Shown here in pieces: positions 28,981-41,968 of a stretch of DNA of 64,000 nt. Both the position numbers and the translations under genes were made by a program. The stretch is from positions 8,165 through 72,164 of the forward strand of contig JBBSCB010000012.1 of NCBI GenBank assembly GCA_038250675.1, in the 5' to 3' direction. The stretch comes from Gemmatimonadales bacterium. GTDB lineage: Bacteria; Gemmatimonadota; Gemmatimonadetes; Gemmatimonadales; GWC2-71-9. The notes below the pieces were generated by a model that had not been told where the DNA came from, did no database searches, and worked only from the letters and a program-made list of their open reading frames with translations. Numbering within the stretch: the stretch's first letter is position 1; every line of letters starts with the position of its first letter.

Positions 28981-31656
28981 TCATCGCGGGGCCACGTCCG
29001 CCACCCAGATGTCCGCCTGATGTTCACCCGCCACGAAATAGAACCGCTTGCCATCGGTATCGGAGACGCCGCGGACCGTCCGCGCCTCGCCATGATCGAA
29101 GCTCACCACCTTGCGAAGCGCCCCGTTCCGGAGATCCACCGCCCAGTAGGCCGGGTCGCCGGTCGTGTCGCGGGAGAAGACGTACAGCGTCCGGCCGTCG
29201 GGCCCCATCCGGAGCCAGTTGGGCCGGAACCAGGGTGGAGGCTGGAAGAGACTCGCCGGTGCACCGCCGCCCGAGGGGATAGCGACAAACGCGTTGGTAC
29301 TGTCTTCGGTGACGCTGGCGTAGGCCAGGCGATCGTGGGTGACACCGCTCGTGATGCCCGAGCCGATTCGCGCTGGTTCCCCCCAGGGTGCAGAGCGCGA
29401 GGCCCGACGGATTTCCAGCAGGTCCGGGCTCGCTCCCTCTCCCCGGCTGAACGCGAGCGTGTTGTTGTCCGGTCCCCAGGCCGCGTACCAGTCGCTCAGC
29501 GTGTCGCGGGTGACCTGGGTCAGCCCGGTGCCGTCGGCGTTGATGACAAAGACATCCCGGTTGCCGGTGCGGAACGAGTGAAAGGCGATCTGGCTGCCGT
29601 CGGGAGACCAGTCGGCAGCGAGGTCGTCCGAAGGATCGTGCGTGAGCTGCCTCGGCGTGCCGCCCTCGGACGGCACGACGAAGAGATCGGCGTTGCCATT
29701 GAGGTCGGAGTCGTAGACCAGCCACTTGCCGTCCGGGGAGAGCCGCACCACTTCAGTGGCCTGGTTGCCCCGGGTGATCGGCACGGCGGAGCTGGCGCTA
29801 GCACTGCCTGTCGGAGGCAGCCGGACCATCCAGATGTTGAGATCGCGGCTGTACTTGGCATAGGCCAGGTGCTTCCCGTCCCGGGAGAGCGCGATGGTGT
29901 GCGCATCGAGCCCGGTGGTGATCCGGCGGGGGGCGCCGTCGGGCCGGCCGGCGCGGCCGATGGCCTGGCGATAGATGTCCCGGCCCCCACCACTGCTCGA
30001 GACGTAGAGCAGCCCGCTCCCATCGGGCAGCCAGACCGGCGAGACGTTGAGGGTGGTGGAGTCGCTCACCATGGTCGGCGCCCCGCCGGCGGCGGGGAGC
30101 ACGAAGACCGTGCTCGCGGCCAGGTTGCCGAACGAGCGCTGACCATACACGAAGTCCCGGTTGCCCCGTACCCCGGCCAGCCAGCGGCCGTCCGGCGACC
30201 ACGCCAGTGAGTGGACGGCACCGACCATTGCCAGCAGCGTCACCCCGCCGCCGTCGGCTCCCATGACCATGACGCTGTCACCCTGCTCGAAGGCGAGATG
30301 AGTTCCGTCAGGAGACCATTTGGGCGCGAGCGGGACACCGCCGTCATACGACGTGCGATAGAGCCGCCGGACATCGCCCCCGGTCGGAGGCATGACGGCG
30401 ATGCTGGCGCCGCCGGCCTCGTAGGAGACAAAGGCCAGCCGTCGGCCATCGGGTGACCAGTCCGGCGATGCCTGGGAGCCGGGCAGGCTGTCGGTGATGC
30501 TGATCGCGCGTCCCCCGTCGGTGGGTTGCAGGAAGATTTCCGCCCCGCCCGCGGCGTCCGCCACATAGGCCAGGAACTGGCCGTCAGGCGAGAGGGCGGG
30601 CAGCGTCTCCCTCCCCGGAGCGCTGGTGAGCCGGCTGGTCTTCGTCAGGCTCAGCTGCGTGGCGCCTGCGCCTCGCCGGGTCAGCAGCAGGATACCGCCC
30701 AGTGCGACGATCACGCCGAGTGCAATGAGGAGGCTTCGATTCCGTCCCACCGGTACCGATGGTGCCACGGCCGCGACGGGCATCGTGTGAGTCGGCGTCA
30801 TCCCGCCGCTCGGTGTCGCCAGCGGCTCCAGGTGCTGCAGCATCTCCTCGGCGGTCTGCCACCGGTCCGCCGGCCGCTTCTCCAGCGCCTTCATGATCAC
30901 GCCTGCCAGTGCCGGCGAGAGCGACGGCCGGTGGTTGGCCAGCGGCTCCGGCAGCTGCATCACGTGCGCCGCGAGGACCTGTTGCGGCGAGGCGCCGGTG
31001 AACGGGGGTCGACCCGCGAGCAGCTCGTACCCCATGACGCCGAGGGCGTAGATATCCACCCGGTGGTCGAGATGGGGATCCGCGCTCGCCTGTTCCGGCG
31101 CCATGTACGCCGGCGTCCCGAGGGCCACGCCGAGGGTGGTAAGCCGATTCTGCCCACTCGCTTCGTTTACGGCCTTGGCCACGCCGAAATCCATGACGAG
31201 GGCGTGGCGGCCGGAGAGCATGACGTTCTCCGGCTTGATGTCGCGATGCACCACGCCCCGGCTGTGCGCGTGACTCAGTGCGTCGGCGATCTCGATCAGC
31301 AGCCGCACCGCCTCGTGGACCGGGAGCTCGCCCTCCCGCGTGAGCCGCTCGCGCAGTGACTCGCCCTCCACGTACGGCATGACGTAGTAGAGAAACCCCT
31401 CGGCGCTGCCGGAATCGAAGACGCCGAGAATGTGCGGGTGCTGCAGCCGGGCCGCGATTTCGATCTCCTGGGTGAACCGGTCGGGACCGAGCGCCGCGGT
31501 GAGATCGGGGCGCAGCACCTTGATGGCCACCCGGCGGCGATGCTTCAGGTCCTCGGCGAGATAGACCGTCGCCATGCCGCCGGCGCCGAGTTCGCGCTCG
31601 ATGCGGTAGCGGTCGGCGAGTGACGCGGCGAGGCGCGTATCAGCGCCCATTCGCAT
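28981..31656 (-). CDS. Ser/Thr kinase - TM - TolB/PD40 beta-propeller (K1)
   Basis: GAGGMATVY, HRDIKPEN, DFG; many WSPDG repeats; start 31656 or 31650 overlaps the K2 stop. Confidence 0.93.
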   Translation of the reverse strand: MRMGADTRLAASLADRYRIERELGAGGMATVYLAEDLKHRRRVAIKVLRPDLTAALGPDRFTQEIEIAARLQHPHILGVFDSGSAEGFLYYVMPYVEGESLRERLTREGELPVHEAVRLLIEIADALSHAHSRGVVHRDIKPENVMLSGRHALVMDFGVAKAVNEASGQNRLTTLGVALGTPAYMAPEQASADPHLDHRVDIYALGVMGYELLAGRPPFTGASPQQVLAAHVMQLPEPLANHRPSLSPALAGVIMKALEKRPADRWQTAEEMLQHLEPLATPSGGMTPTHTMPVAAVAPSVPVGRNRSLLIALGVIVALGGILLLTRRGAGATQLSLTKTSRLTSAPGRETLPALSPDGQFLAYVADAAGGAEIFLQPTDGGRAISITDSLPGSQASPDWSPDGRRLAFVSYEAGGASIAVMPPTGGDVRRLYRTSYDGGVPLAPKWSPDGTHLAFEQGDSVMVMGADGGGVTLLAMVGAVHSLAWSPDGRWLAGVRGNRDFVYGQRSFGNLAASTVFVLPAAGGAPTMVSDSTTLNVSPVWLPDGSGLLYVSSSGGGRDIYRQAIGRAGRPDGAPRRITTGLDAHTIALSRDGKHLAYAKYSRDLNIWMVRLPPTGSASASSAVPITRGNQATEVVRLSPDGKWLVYDSDLNGNADLFVVPSEGGTPRQLTHDPSDDLAADWSPDGSQIAFHSFRTGNRDVFVINADGTGLTQVTRDTLSDWYAAWGPDNNTLAFSRGEGASPDLLEIRRASRSAPWGEPARIGSGITSGVTHDRLAYASVTEDSTNAFVAIPSGGGAPASLFQPPPWFRPNWLRMGPDGRTLYVFSRDTTGDPAYWAVDLRNGALRKVVSFDHGEARTVRGVSDTDGKRFYFVAGEHQADIWVADVAPR

Positions 31657-34315
31657 TCGCCATCAACGACCGCAGCTCGTTTCGCCACTGGTACACCACG
31701 AATAGCTCCGGATGCGTCGTGCTCTGCACCATGAGGAACCGGCTGCCGTCGGGGGAGACGTCGTAGTTGGCGTGCGGCGCCCGCGCAAAGCTGTAGTTAT
31801 CGGCAAAGAGGTCGGTCCGCCCGGTCACCGTGAACCCCGACGCGGTCGAGACCGACGCCGCGACCAGGTGGCGGCCGTCCCGGTAGAAGAGCCGCCGGCC
31901 GTCCCGCGCCCAGACCGGCTCGGACCCGCCGCCCACCGACACCTGCACCCTGCCGCCCGGCCCCGGGTACGGCTGCACCACGACCTCCGACCGGCCCGAT
32001 GCGTCGGTGACGTAGGCGATCCACTTCCCGTCCGGCGAGAAGCGCGGCTGGGCCTCGATGAACTGGGAGGCGGCCACCGGCCGCGACGCGGTGTCGCCGG
32101 CGACCGCCCCGACCCGCACATCCGCCTGGGTCCCGCCGCCGTCATCCACCTGGTAGACGACCGCGCTGCCATCAGGCGAGAGCACCCCCTCGTAGTAGTC
32201 GTGCGCGTCGGAGGCCAGGAGCGGCGCCGCCGGCGTGCTCAGGTCGGCCGGCTGCCACCAGATGGCGGTGCGCCGGCCCAGGTCGGTGCGGTAGAGGACG
32301 TGGGTGCCATCCGGCGACCATTCCGGCCGGTCGCTGACCCTCCCCGCGTTGGTGAGCCGGGAGAGCGTGGCGGAGGTGAAGTCGTAGAGCCAGACGTCGG
32401 ACCGGTCCCCGCTGCCCACCGCCACGGCGAACCGCCGGCCGTCGGGGGAGAGGCGGGGATAGGCATAGGCCTGCGCATCGTTCAGCACCGGCTCGAAGCG
32501 GTGCTGCAGGTTCACCCATCCGACCTGGCCGGCGGCGCCGGACGGCTGGTAGATCAGCGTCCCGGTCGCCGAGAGCGATGCCTTGCTCGCACCGGCAAAG
32601 GTCGTGGCCACGCTCGGTCCGAGCACGACTGGGGTGCCGGTGATCCGTCCCCGGCGGAGGTCAATGCTGACGCCCATGAGCGCACCCGAGGGCGCGACGT
32701 AGACCAGCGTCCCGTCAATGACGCCAAGCGGGTCCAGCGCGGCGATGCCGAACCGCGTCACCTTCCCCGATTCGAGCGACACCAGACCGATTCGGCTGAG
32801 CCCCACGCCGCCCGTCGGCGTGATCCCGACCATCGCCATCGCGCCGTTCGGCAGCGTCCGCGGCTGGTCGAAATAGAGCTCGCCGAGCGCCGAATCCGGC
32901 CGCGCGACCATCCGGGCCGCGCCGCCGCCGGCCGGCAGCGCCCCCAGCCCCTGGGTGGAGCCGACCAGGATCTGGCCGGACGCCGACCACGCTGTCCCCA
33001 GCGGCCCGGAGCCGGTCGGGCCCACCATCACCGGGGTGCCGCCGGTGACGGCGATCTTCCAGACCGTGCTCCCGACGAGGTAGGCGAGAGACCGCCCGTC
33101 AGGCGAGAAGGCGGGCTGCTGCGCCCCGTCAGTGCCGGCCACCGGCACCGCCGCGGCGTCGCTCATTCGCCGGACATACAGCGACGAGATGCCGCTGGCG
33201 CCTACGACGACGTACGCAATCGTGCTCCCGTCCGGCGACACCGCCACGTTGTTCCCCTCGGCGGCGTTGGTCACCAGCAGCGTGGAGGGCGGCAGGTCCA
33301 GGGTGAATCGCACCGCACCCGGCACCGGCGTCCGCTCCGCGGTCCGCCACTGGAACGCGGCAAGCACGAGTGCGGCGACCAGCGCCGCCGCGAGTCCCAG
33401 GACCAGCGGATGCCGGACCACTGCCCGGTGACCACCCGCCGTGCCGAACGCCGACCCCGGCCCCGCGGACGCCGTCCTGAATCCCGGATCCGCGAGCGCG
33501 TCGGCGAACTCCCTGGCGGTGGCAAAGCGGTCGGCGGGCACCTTCTCCAGCGCCCGGGCGAGGGCGGCGGCCACATTGGGCGTCACGCTCTTCCGGAGCG
33601 TCGTGATCGGGGCCGCGTTTTCCGTCACGATCTTCATGATGATCTGCTGGGCGGAGCTTCCGGTGTGCGGCGGGTTCCCCGCCAGCATCTCGTACAACAC
33701 GCTGGCCAGCGAGTAGATGTCGCTCCGGCCGGTGATCTCCTTGTCGGCCGTCGCCTGCTCGGGACTCATATAGTGCGGCGTCCCGAGCGAGAGACCGGTC
33801 TCGGTCATCCGGCCGCCGGCCGCGGCACTGAGTGCCAATGCGATGCCGAAGTCCATTACCATCGCCCGCCCGTCGTGCAGCAGGATGTTTTCCGGCTTGA
33901 TGTCGCGGTGGATCACGCCGTGGCGGTGCGCGTAGTCGAGCGCGTCGGCGACCTCGCGGGTGATGCGCACCGCTTCGTCGATGCCGAACTGGGTTTCACG
34001 GTTGAGCTTTTCGCGGATCGTCTCGCCCTCGATGTAGGGCATCACATAATAGAGCTGACCGTCGGCGCTGCCCGAGTCGAACAGTGGCAGAATGTGCGGA
34101 TGACTCAATGCGGCGGTGGTCTTGATCTCCTGCACGAACCGCTCGGCGCCGAGGACGGCGGCGAGTTCGGGCTTGAGGACCTTGAGGGCGACCTGGCGAT
34201 CGTGCTTGAGATCGTAGGCGAGGTAGACCGTGGCCATGCCGCCCTGGCCCAGCTCGCGCTCAATGCGGTAGCGGTCGGCGAGTGCCGCTTGGACGCGGTC
34301 GAGGCCGGCGCTCAT
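31640..34315 (-). CDS. Ser/Thr kinase - TM - beta-propeller (K2)
   Basis: MSAGLDR start overlaps the K3 stop (ATGA); kinase motifs; SPDG repeats. Confidence 0.93.
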   Translation of the reverse strand: MSAGLDRVQAALADRYRIERELGQGGMATVYLAYDLKHDRQVALKVLKPELAAVLGAERFVQEIKTTAALSHPHILPLFDSGSADGQLYYVMPYIEGETIREKLNRETQFGIDEAVRITREVADALDYAHRHGVIHRDIKPENILLHDGRAMVMDFGIALALSAAAGGRMTETGLSLGTPHYMSPEQATADKEITGRSDIYSLASVLYEMLAGNPPHTGSSAQQIIMKIVTENAAPITTLRKSVTPNVAAALARALEKVPADRFATAREFADALADPGFRTASAGPGSAFGTAGGHRAVVRHPLVLGLAAALVAALVLAAFQWRTAERTPVPGAVRFTLDLPPSTLLVTNAAEGNNVAVSPDGSTIAYVVVGASGISSLYVRRMSDAAAVPVAGTDGAQQPAFSPDGRSLAYLVGSTVWKIAVTGGTPVMVGPTGSGPLGTAWSASGQILVGSTQGLGALPAGGGAARMVARPDSALGELYFDQPRTLPNGAMAMVGITPTGGVGLSRIGLVSLESGKVTRFGIAALDPLGVIDGTLVYVAPSGALMGVSIDLRRGRITGTPVVLGPSVATTFAGASKASLSATGTLIYQPSGAAGQVGWVNLQHRFEPVLNDAQAYAYPRLSPDGRRFAVAVGSGDRSDVWLYDFTSATLSRLTNAGRVSDRPEWSPDGTHVLYRTDLGRRTAIWWQPADLSTPAAPLLASDAHDYYEGVLSPDGSAVVYQVDDGGGTQADVRVGAVAGDTASRPVAASQFIEAQPRFSPDGKWIAYVTDASGRSEVVVQPYPGPGGRVQVSVGGGSEPVWARDGRRLFYRDGRHLVAASVSTASGFTVTGRTDLFADNYSFARAPHANYDVSPDGSRFLMVQSTTHPELFVVYQWRNELRSLMANANGR

Positions 34316-36844
34316 CGCATCCCCGAGAAGGTGAACAGCAGCGAGAACCACTTCCGGGTCTCGTACACGTATGACCTTGGATCGTCCGCCAGCGATAGCC
34401 GCGCCGAGCTGAAGACCGTCGTGGGCGCATCGATCGTCAGCAGCGGCGTACGGCGACCGCTGGTAACGTCCACCCGGTCGACCCGTGGGCGGGACGGAGT
34501 CCCGGTCTGCACCCAGAGCGCTGCCCCGTCGGGACTCCACCGGATGACACTGTCGGCCCCGACGCCGCTGACCGGCGTCGGAGCGCCACCGCCGGCGGGA
34601 TATAGCGCGTGTTGCCCGTCCCGTCGGACAAGCACGGCGGCACCGTCGGGCCGGGGCAGTCCCGCACCGATGCCATCCGGCGTCATCGGCGTGAGCGTGG
34701 AGGCGTTCAGCGGGCTGCGATAGCATCGGGCGCCTCCACTCGCGGGGGTTCCGCACACGAAGAGCGAGCCGTCATCGGGGACAAATGCGACGGACGCGAC
34801 CGACTGGAGCCCAGCCCAGGTGAGCCGCCGCGCGTCCCCCGCGCCAGCGGGATAGAGCCAGAACTGCGGCGGCGTCGAGACGATCAGGCCGAGCACCCAG
34901 CGAGCGTCCGGGCTGATGCCGGTGGCCGTGCCCGGTCCCAACCGCACTGCGGGCGATCCGTCGGTCTTCCGAAGCATGACGGAATACTGGGCACCGCCGG
35001 CGATGTCGGTGAACGCGACCCAGTGGCCGTCGGCGGAGACGACCGGCAGAATCGAACTGTCGAGCCACGAGAGATCCCGGTCCGCCTCCGCTCCCGCCGA
35101 GCGCGCCACGAGCCCGTGGTTCTGATCGTCGCGGGTCACGAGCCACCGGCCCCCGGTCCTGACATCGTGCAGCGTCAGTGATCCCGGACTCGGCAGGACC
35201 AGCCGCGCGGTGCCGTCAAGGTCGGCTTCATGCACCTGCAACGCATCTCCGGTGCCCGATGCGGAGAACAGGAGCGATCGACCGTCGGGGCGCCAGGCCA
35301 GTCCCTCCAACCCGGAAAACTCCGGGGTCATCCGGCGCGCCTTGCCCGCGCGATCCACCACCATGGCCCAGCCCCGGTCGTCCCCCGCGAAGGTGTGCGT
35401 GAAGAAGGCGACCCGATCTCCTTGCGGTGACACCCGTGGATCCGAGAGGTAGCCACCAGCCAGGCTCCGGTACAGCACCGTGCCGGCGGGGTACTCGAGC
35501 TGGACGTACTCACCGGACGGGCGGATGATCGCGAGCTGCGCTCCGTCGGGCGACCAGTCGGCCTCGTGGACGTTCTCCATGATCTCCCGGGGAGCTCCGC
35601 CACCCAGCGGCATGCGCGCGAGGGTGCCGGTGAACACCCGGTGGTTGTCGTGGCGAGCGTGAGTGAGCAACGCCAGCTCGCCGGTGCTCGAGACGGCGAG
35701 GAGGTTGGCCGAGTCGGGGCCAAGAGCTTCCGGTTCGAGATAGTCGGGGCGAATGACGTAGAGCCGCGGCGTCGAGCCCTGCGCGCTGGCGCTGTAGACG
35801 ATGGTCTGTCCGTCGGGCGCCCAGCGCGCATTGATGATCGCCTCCTGCCGAAAACTGTGCTGCGTGACCGAGATGCGCCCGAGGTCGCCGGCGTCGGCCC
35901 GGTGCCGCAGCAACAGCCAGCCGCTCGCTGCGAGTGACACCGCAGCGACCGCGAGCGTGAGCCGGCTGCGCCAGTCGGCCAGCCAGGTCGGACCCCGATT
36001 GCGGGGCCGGATCGGACCCGGCCCGCTGAGCGCCGAACCGAACTCCGCCGCAGTGGCAAACCGGTCGGCCGGCAGCTTTTCCAGCGCGGTGAGCACCGCC
36101 TCCTCCACCGCGGGCGGGACGCTCTTCCGCTGCCCGATCAGCCCCGCCGGCTCCGCGGTCATCACCTTGGCCACGATGGCCTGCGCGGTCGGGCCAGTGA
36201 AGGGCGGCTCGCCCACCAGCATCTCGTAGGTCATGGCGCCGAGCGCATAGACATCGGAGCGCGCCGTGATCTCCCGCTCGCCCATGGCCTGCTCGGGCGA
36301 CATGTAGTGCGGTGTGCCGAGCGACATCCCGGTCTCGGTCATGCGCGAGCCGCCACCGGCGCTCGACACCGCCAGCGCAATGCCGAAGTCCGCGACCAGC
36401 GCGGACCCGTCGTGCAGCATCACGTTTTCCGGCTTGATGTCGCGGTGGATCACGCCCCGGCGATGGGCATAGTCCAGCGCGCCGGCCACCTCGCTGGCGA
36501 TCCGGACCGCGTCGGCAATGGGGAGCTGCTTGTCCCGGTTCAGCCGATCGCGCAACGACTCGCCCTCCACGTAGGGCATGACGTAGTAGGCCGTGCCCTG
36601 CACCTCGCCGCTGTCGATCAATCCCAGGATGTGCGGGTGCTGGAGGTTGGCGATCGTCTGGATCTCGCGCAGGAAGCGCTCGGCGCCGATGACGGCGGCG
36701 AGCTCCGGCCGGAGCACCTTGATGGCCACCTTGCGATGATGCTTCAGGTCCTCGGCCAGATAGACCGTGGCCATGCCACCGGCGCCCAGCTCGCGCTCGA
36801 TGAGGTACCGGTCGGCGAGGGCCTCAGCGAGGCGCGTCGAGACG

Positions 36845-36852
<8 letters not shown>
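34312..36852 (-). CDS. Ser/Thr kinase - TM - beta-propeller (K3)
   Basis: MSDVSTRL start overlaps the K4 end; kinase motifs; ARWAPDG, ADWSPDG, DLSWLD. Confidence 0.93.
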
Positions 36853-39544
<2,692 letters not shown>

Positions 39545-39565
39545 CGATTCGCCGCGTCCGTCATC

Positions 39566-41968
39566 TCAGCCGCCGCCCTGCAGGCCGAGCCGTCTGAGCA
39601 GGGCGCCGAATCGGGGGTCCCGCTGGAACGCCGGGTTCAGAATCTCCCCGCGTACCAGCGGCAACAGCATCGACCGCTCCTGAACCGCGAGGTCCAGATC
39701 ATGAAAGGCCCCATCAAAGTCGCCCAGCTCCGCTCGCCAGTCGGCCCGCTCGAACCACAGCTTGCCGGCGGTGAATGCCTCGATCTGCTTCCGACAGACC
39801 GCGTCGTGTCCGCCCGACTGCCAGGCGCGCCGCAGCACGGCAGCCGGCGCGCCGGCGCGGGTCGAGTTGGCCTGGAGACGCTCCTGCGCCGCGAAGAACG
39901 CCGCGGTGTCACCCCGCACGAAATAGATCCGCGCGATCCAGCGGAGCGCGAGCGGCAGCGTGGGATCGAGTTCCAGCGCCTTCGTCAGCCGAATCATCGC
40001 CTGGGCTGTATCGCCTTGCGCGAGGAAGATTTTGCCGAGGTTCGTGTTGGTGATGGCCGAGAGCGGATCCAGTTGCAGTGCCCTCGTGAACGACTCCAGC
40101 GCCCGGTCCGTCTGCCCCGCGGCGTCCAGCACATCGGCGTACCATTTGTGAGCGTTGACGTACCCTGGGCTCAACTCGATGGCTCGACGAAAGGCAGTGT
40201 CCGCCTTCGGCAAATCCCAATCCTGCAGCAGCAGCAGATAGGCCCGGGTCGTCACGGCCTCGCCGAAGTCGGGATCGATCGCCAGGGCCCGATCGACGGC
40301 CGTCCTGGCCTGGGCGAGGGTGGCGATGGAGGGCACGTTGGAATAGAAGCCAAGCACGATGTAAGCGTCGGCAAGACCGGTCCATGCCTGCACGAAGAGG
40401 GAATCCCGCGCCAGCGCCTGTTGGAACAGGCCGATCGCACGTTCGACGTCGATCGTGGTGCGCTTGGCCTGGTAGAAACGACCCTGCAGGTACAGGTCGT
40501 ACGCCTCGGGATCGCGGGTCGCGGTCCCCGCCCCACGGACCGCGCCGGCAAGGACTCGACCTCGAAGGGCCGCGATCACCGCTCGGGCGACTTCATCCTG
40601 AACGGCGAAAATGTCGGTGGTGCTTCGATCGAAGGTCTCCGACCAGAGACTGACGCCGTCCGCGGCCTTCACCAGCTGGGCCGTGATCCTGAGCTTGTCT
40701 CCTGCCCGCTGGACGCTCCCCTCGAGGACCGTCGAGACGCCTAATGAAGCCCCGATCTCCCGTACATCCACGTTCTTGCCCCGAAACGAGAACGCCGAGG
40801 TCCGCGCGGCCACGTCCAGGCCGGGCACGTTGCCGAGCGCGCTGATCAGGGTTTCGGCGATCCCGTCGCCGAAGTATTCGTTGGTGCGGTCGGCGCTCAG
40901 GTCAGAGAACGGCAACACCGCGACCGATGCGTTCTCGGCCGGCGCCACTCCTGGCCGGGCAGGCCGCCCCCAGACGATCACCGCCGCGAGGATCGCCACG
41001 ACCGCGATCGCCGCCGCGATGAAACCAAGCGGCCCTCGGCGCCGGCCCAGGACCGCCTCGGGAGGCAGCGGAGCCCGTTCTTCCCGGGCGGCCAGTGCCC
41101 CGGCGAACTCACCGCACCCGGCCCACCGATCCGCCGGCGACTTGGCGAGGGCGCGCTGCACCGCGGCGTCGACACCGGCGGGTACCTCAGGGCGGACGCT
41201 CCGAATCGGCCGCGGCGTCTCGGTCATCAATCGGGAAATGACGACCCGCGCCGTCGCGCCGGTGTGGGGCGGTTCTCCGGTCAGCATTTCGTAGGCTATG
41301 GCACCCAGCGCGTATTGATCGGCCCGGGCATCGACGCTGCGTTCCCCGGCCGCCTGCTCGGGGCTCATGTAGCGCGGCGTGCCCAGGGAGAGGCCGGTCT
41401 GGGTCAGTCGCTCGCCGCCGGCCTCGGCGACGGCCAGGGCAATTCCGAAGTCCGCGATGACGGGCTGCCCCGACTGGAGCAGGATGTTCTCGGGCTTGAG
41501 GTCGCGATGGACGATCCTCTGGGCGTGGGCATAGTCGAGCGCGTTGGCCAGCAGCCCGATCAGGCGGACCACTTCATCGACGGGCAACTGGGAGGCCGCG
41601 TCCAAACGGGCCCGGAGGGTTGGCCCTTCGATATAGGGCATGACGTAGTAGAGGAACGAACGAGGCCCTTCGCTGCGCTCGGAATGGTCGGCGAACACTT
41701 CGCCCGAGTCGAACAGTGGAAGGAGATTCGGATGCCGAAGGTTGGCGGTGACCTTGATCTCGGCGAGGAATCGGTCGGCGCCGAGCACGGCGGCGAGTTC
41801 GGGCTTGAGGACCTTGATGGCCACCTGGCGATCGTGCTTGAGGTCGCGCGCCAGATAGACCGTGGCCATGCCACCCTGACCGAGCTCGCGCTCGATGCGA
41901 TACCGGTCCGCAAGCGCGCTCGCGAGCCGGTCCGCCGCCACATTCGCGAACCGTGATTCGTCACTCAT
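39566..41968 (-). CDS. Ser/Thr kinase - TM - TolB-N/TPR (K5), with REP-derived insert
   Basis: HRDLKPEN, DFG; SVAVLPFSDLS..NEYFGDG; insert VFADHSERSEGPRS; ATGA overlap with K6. Confidence 0.93.
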   Translation of the reverse strand: MSDESRFANVAADRLASALADRYRIERELGQGGMATVYLARDLKHDRQVAIKVLKPELAAVLGADRFLAEIKVTANLRHPNLLPLFDSGEVFADHSERSEGPRSFLYYVMPYIEGPTLRARLDAASQLPVDEVVRLIGLLANALDYAHAQRIVHRDLKPENILLQSGQPVIADFGIALAVAEAGGERLTQTGLSLGTPRYMSPEQAAGERSVDARADQYALGAIAYEMLTGEPPHTGATARVVISRLMTETPRPIRSVRPEVPAGVDAAVQRALAKSPADRWAGCGEFAGALAAREERAPLPPEAVLGRRRGPLGFIAAAIAVVAILAAVIVWGRPARPGVAPAENASVAVLPFSDLSADRTNEYFGDGIAETLISALGNVPGLDVAARTSAFSFRGKNVDVREIGASLGVSTVLEGSVQRAGDKLRITAQLVKAADGVSLWSETFDRSTTDIFAVQDEVARAVIAALRGRVLAGAVRGAGTATRDPEAYDLYLQGRFYQAKRTTIDVERAIGLFQQALARDSLFVQAWTGLADAYIVLGFYSNVPSIATLAQARTAVDRALAIDPDFGEAVTTRAYLLLLQDWDLPKADTAFRRAIELSPGYVNAHKWYADVLDAAGQTDRALESFTRALQLDPLSAITNTNLGKIFLAQGDTAQAMIRLTKALELDPTLPLALRWIARIYFVRGDTAAFFAAQERLQANSTRAGAPAAVLRRAWQSGGHDAVCRKQIEAFTAGKLWFERADWRAELGDFDGAFHDLDLAVQERSMLLPLVRGEILNPAFQRDPRFGALLRRLGLQGGG
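41663..41689 (-). repeat. Intragenic in-frame REP-like copy in K5
   Basis: Coding strand GACCATTCCGAGCGCAGCGAAGGGCCT matches the intergenic consensus GTCAyCCTGAGCGCAGCGAAGGGGCC. Confidence 0.75.
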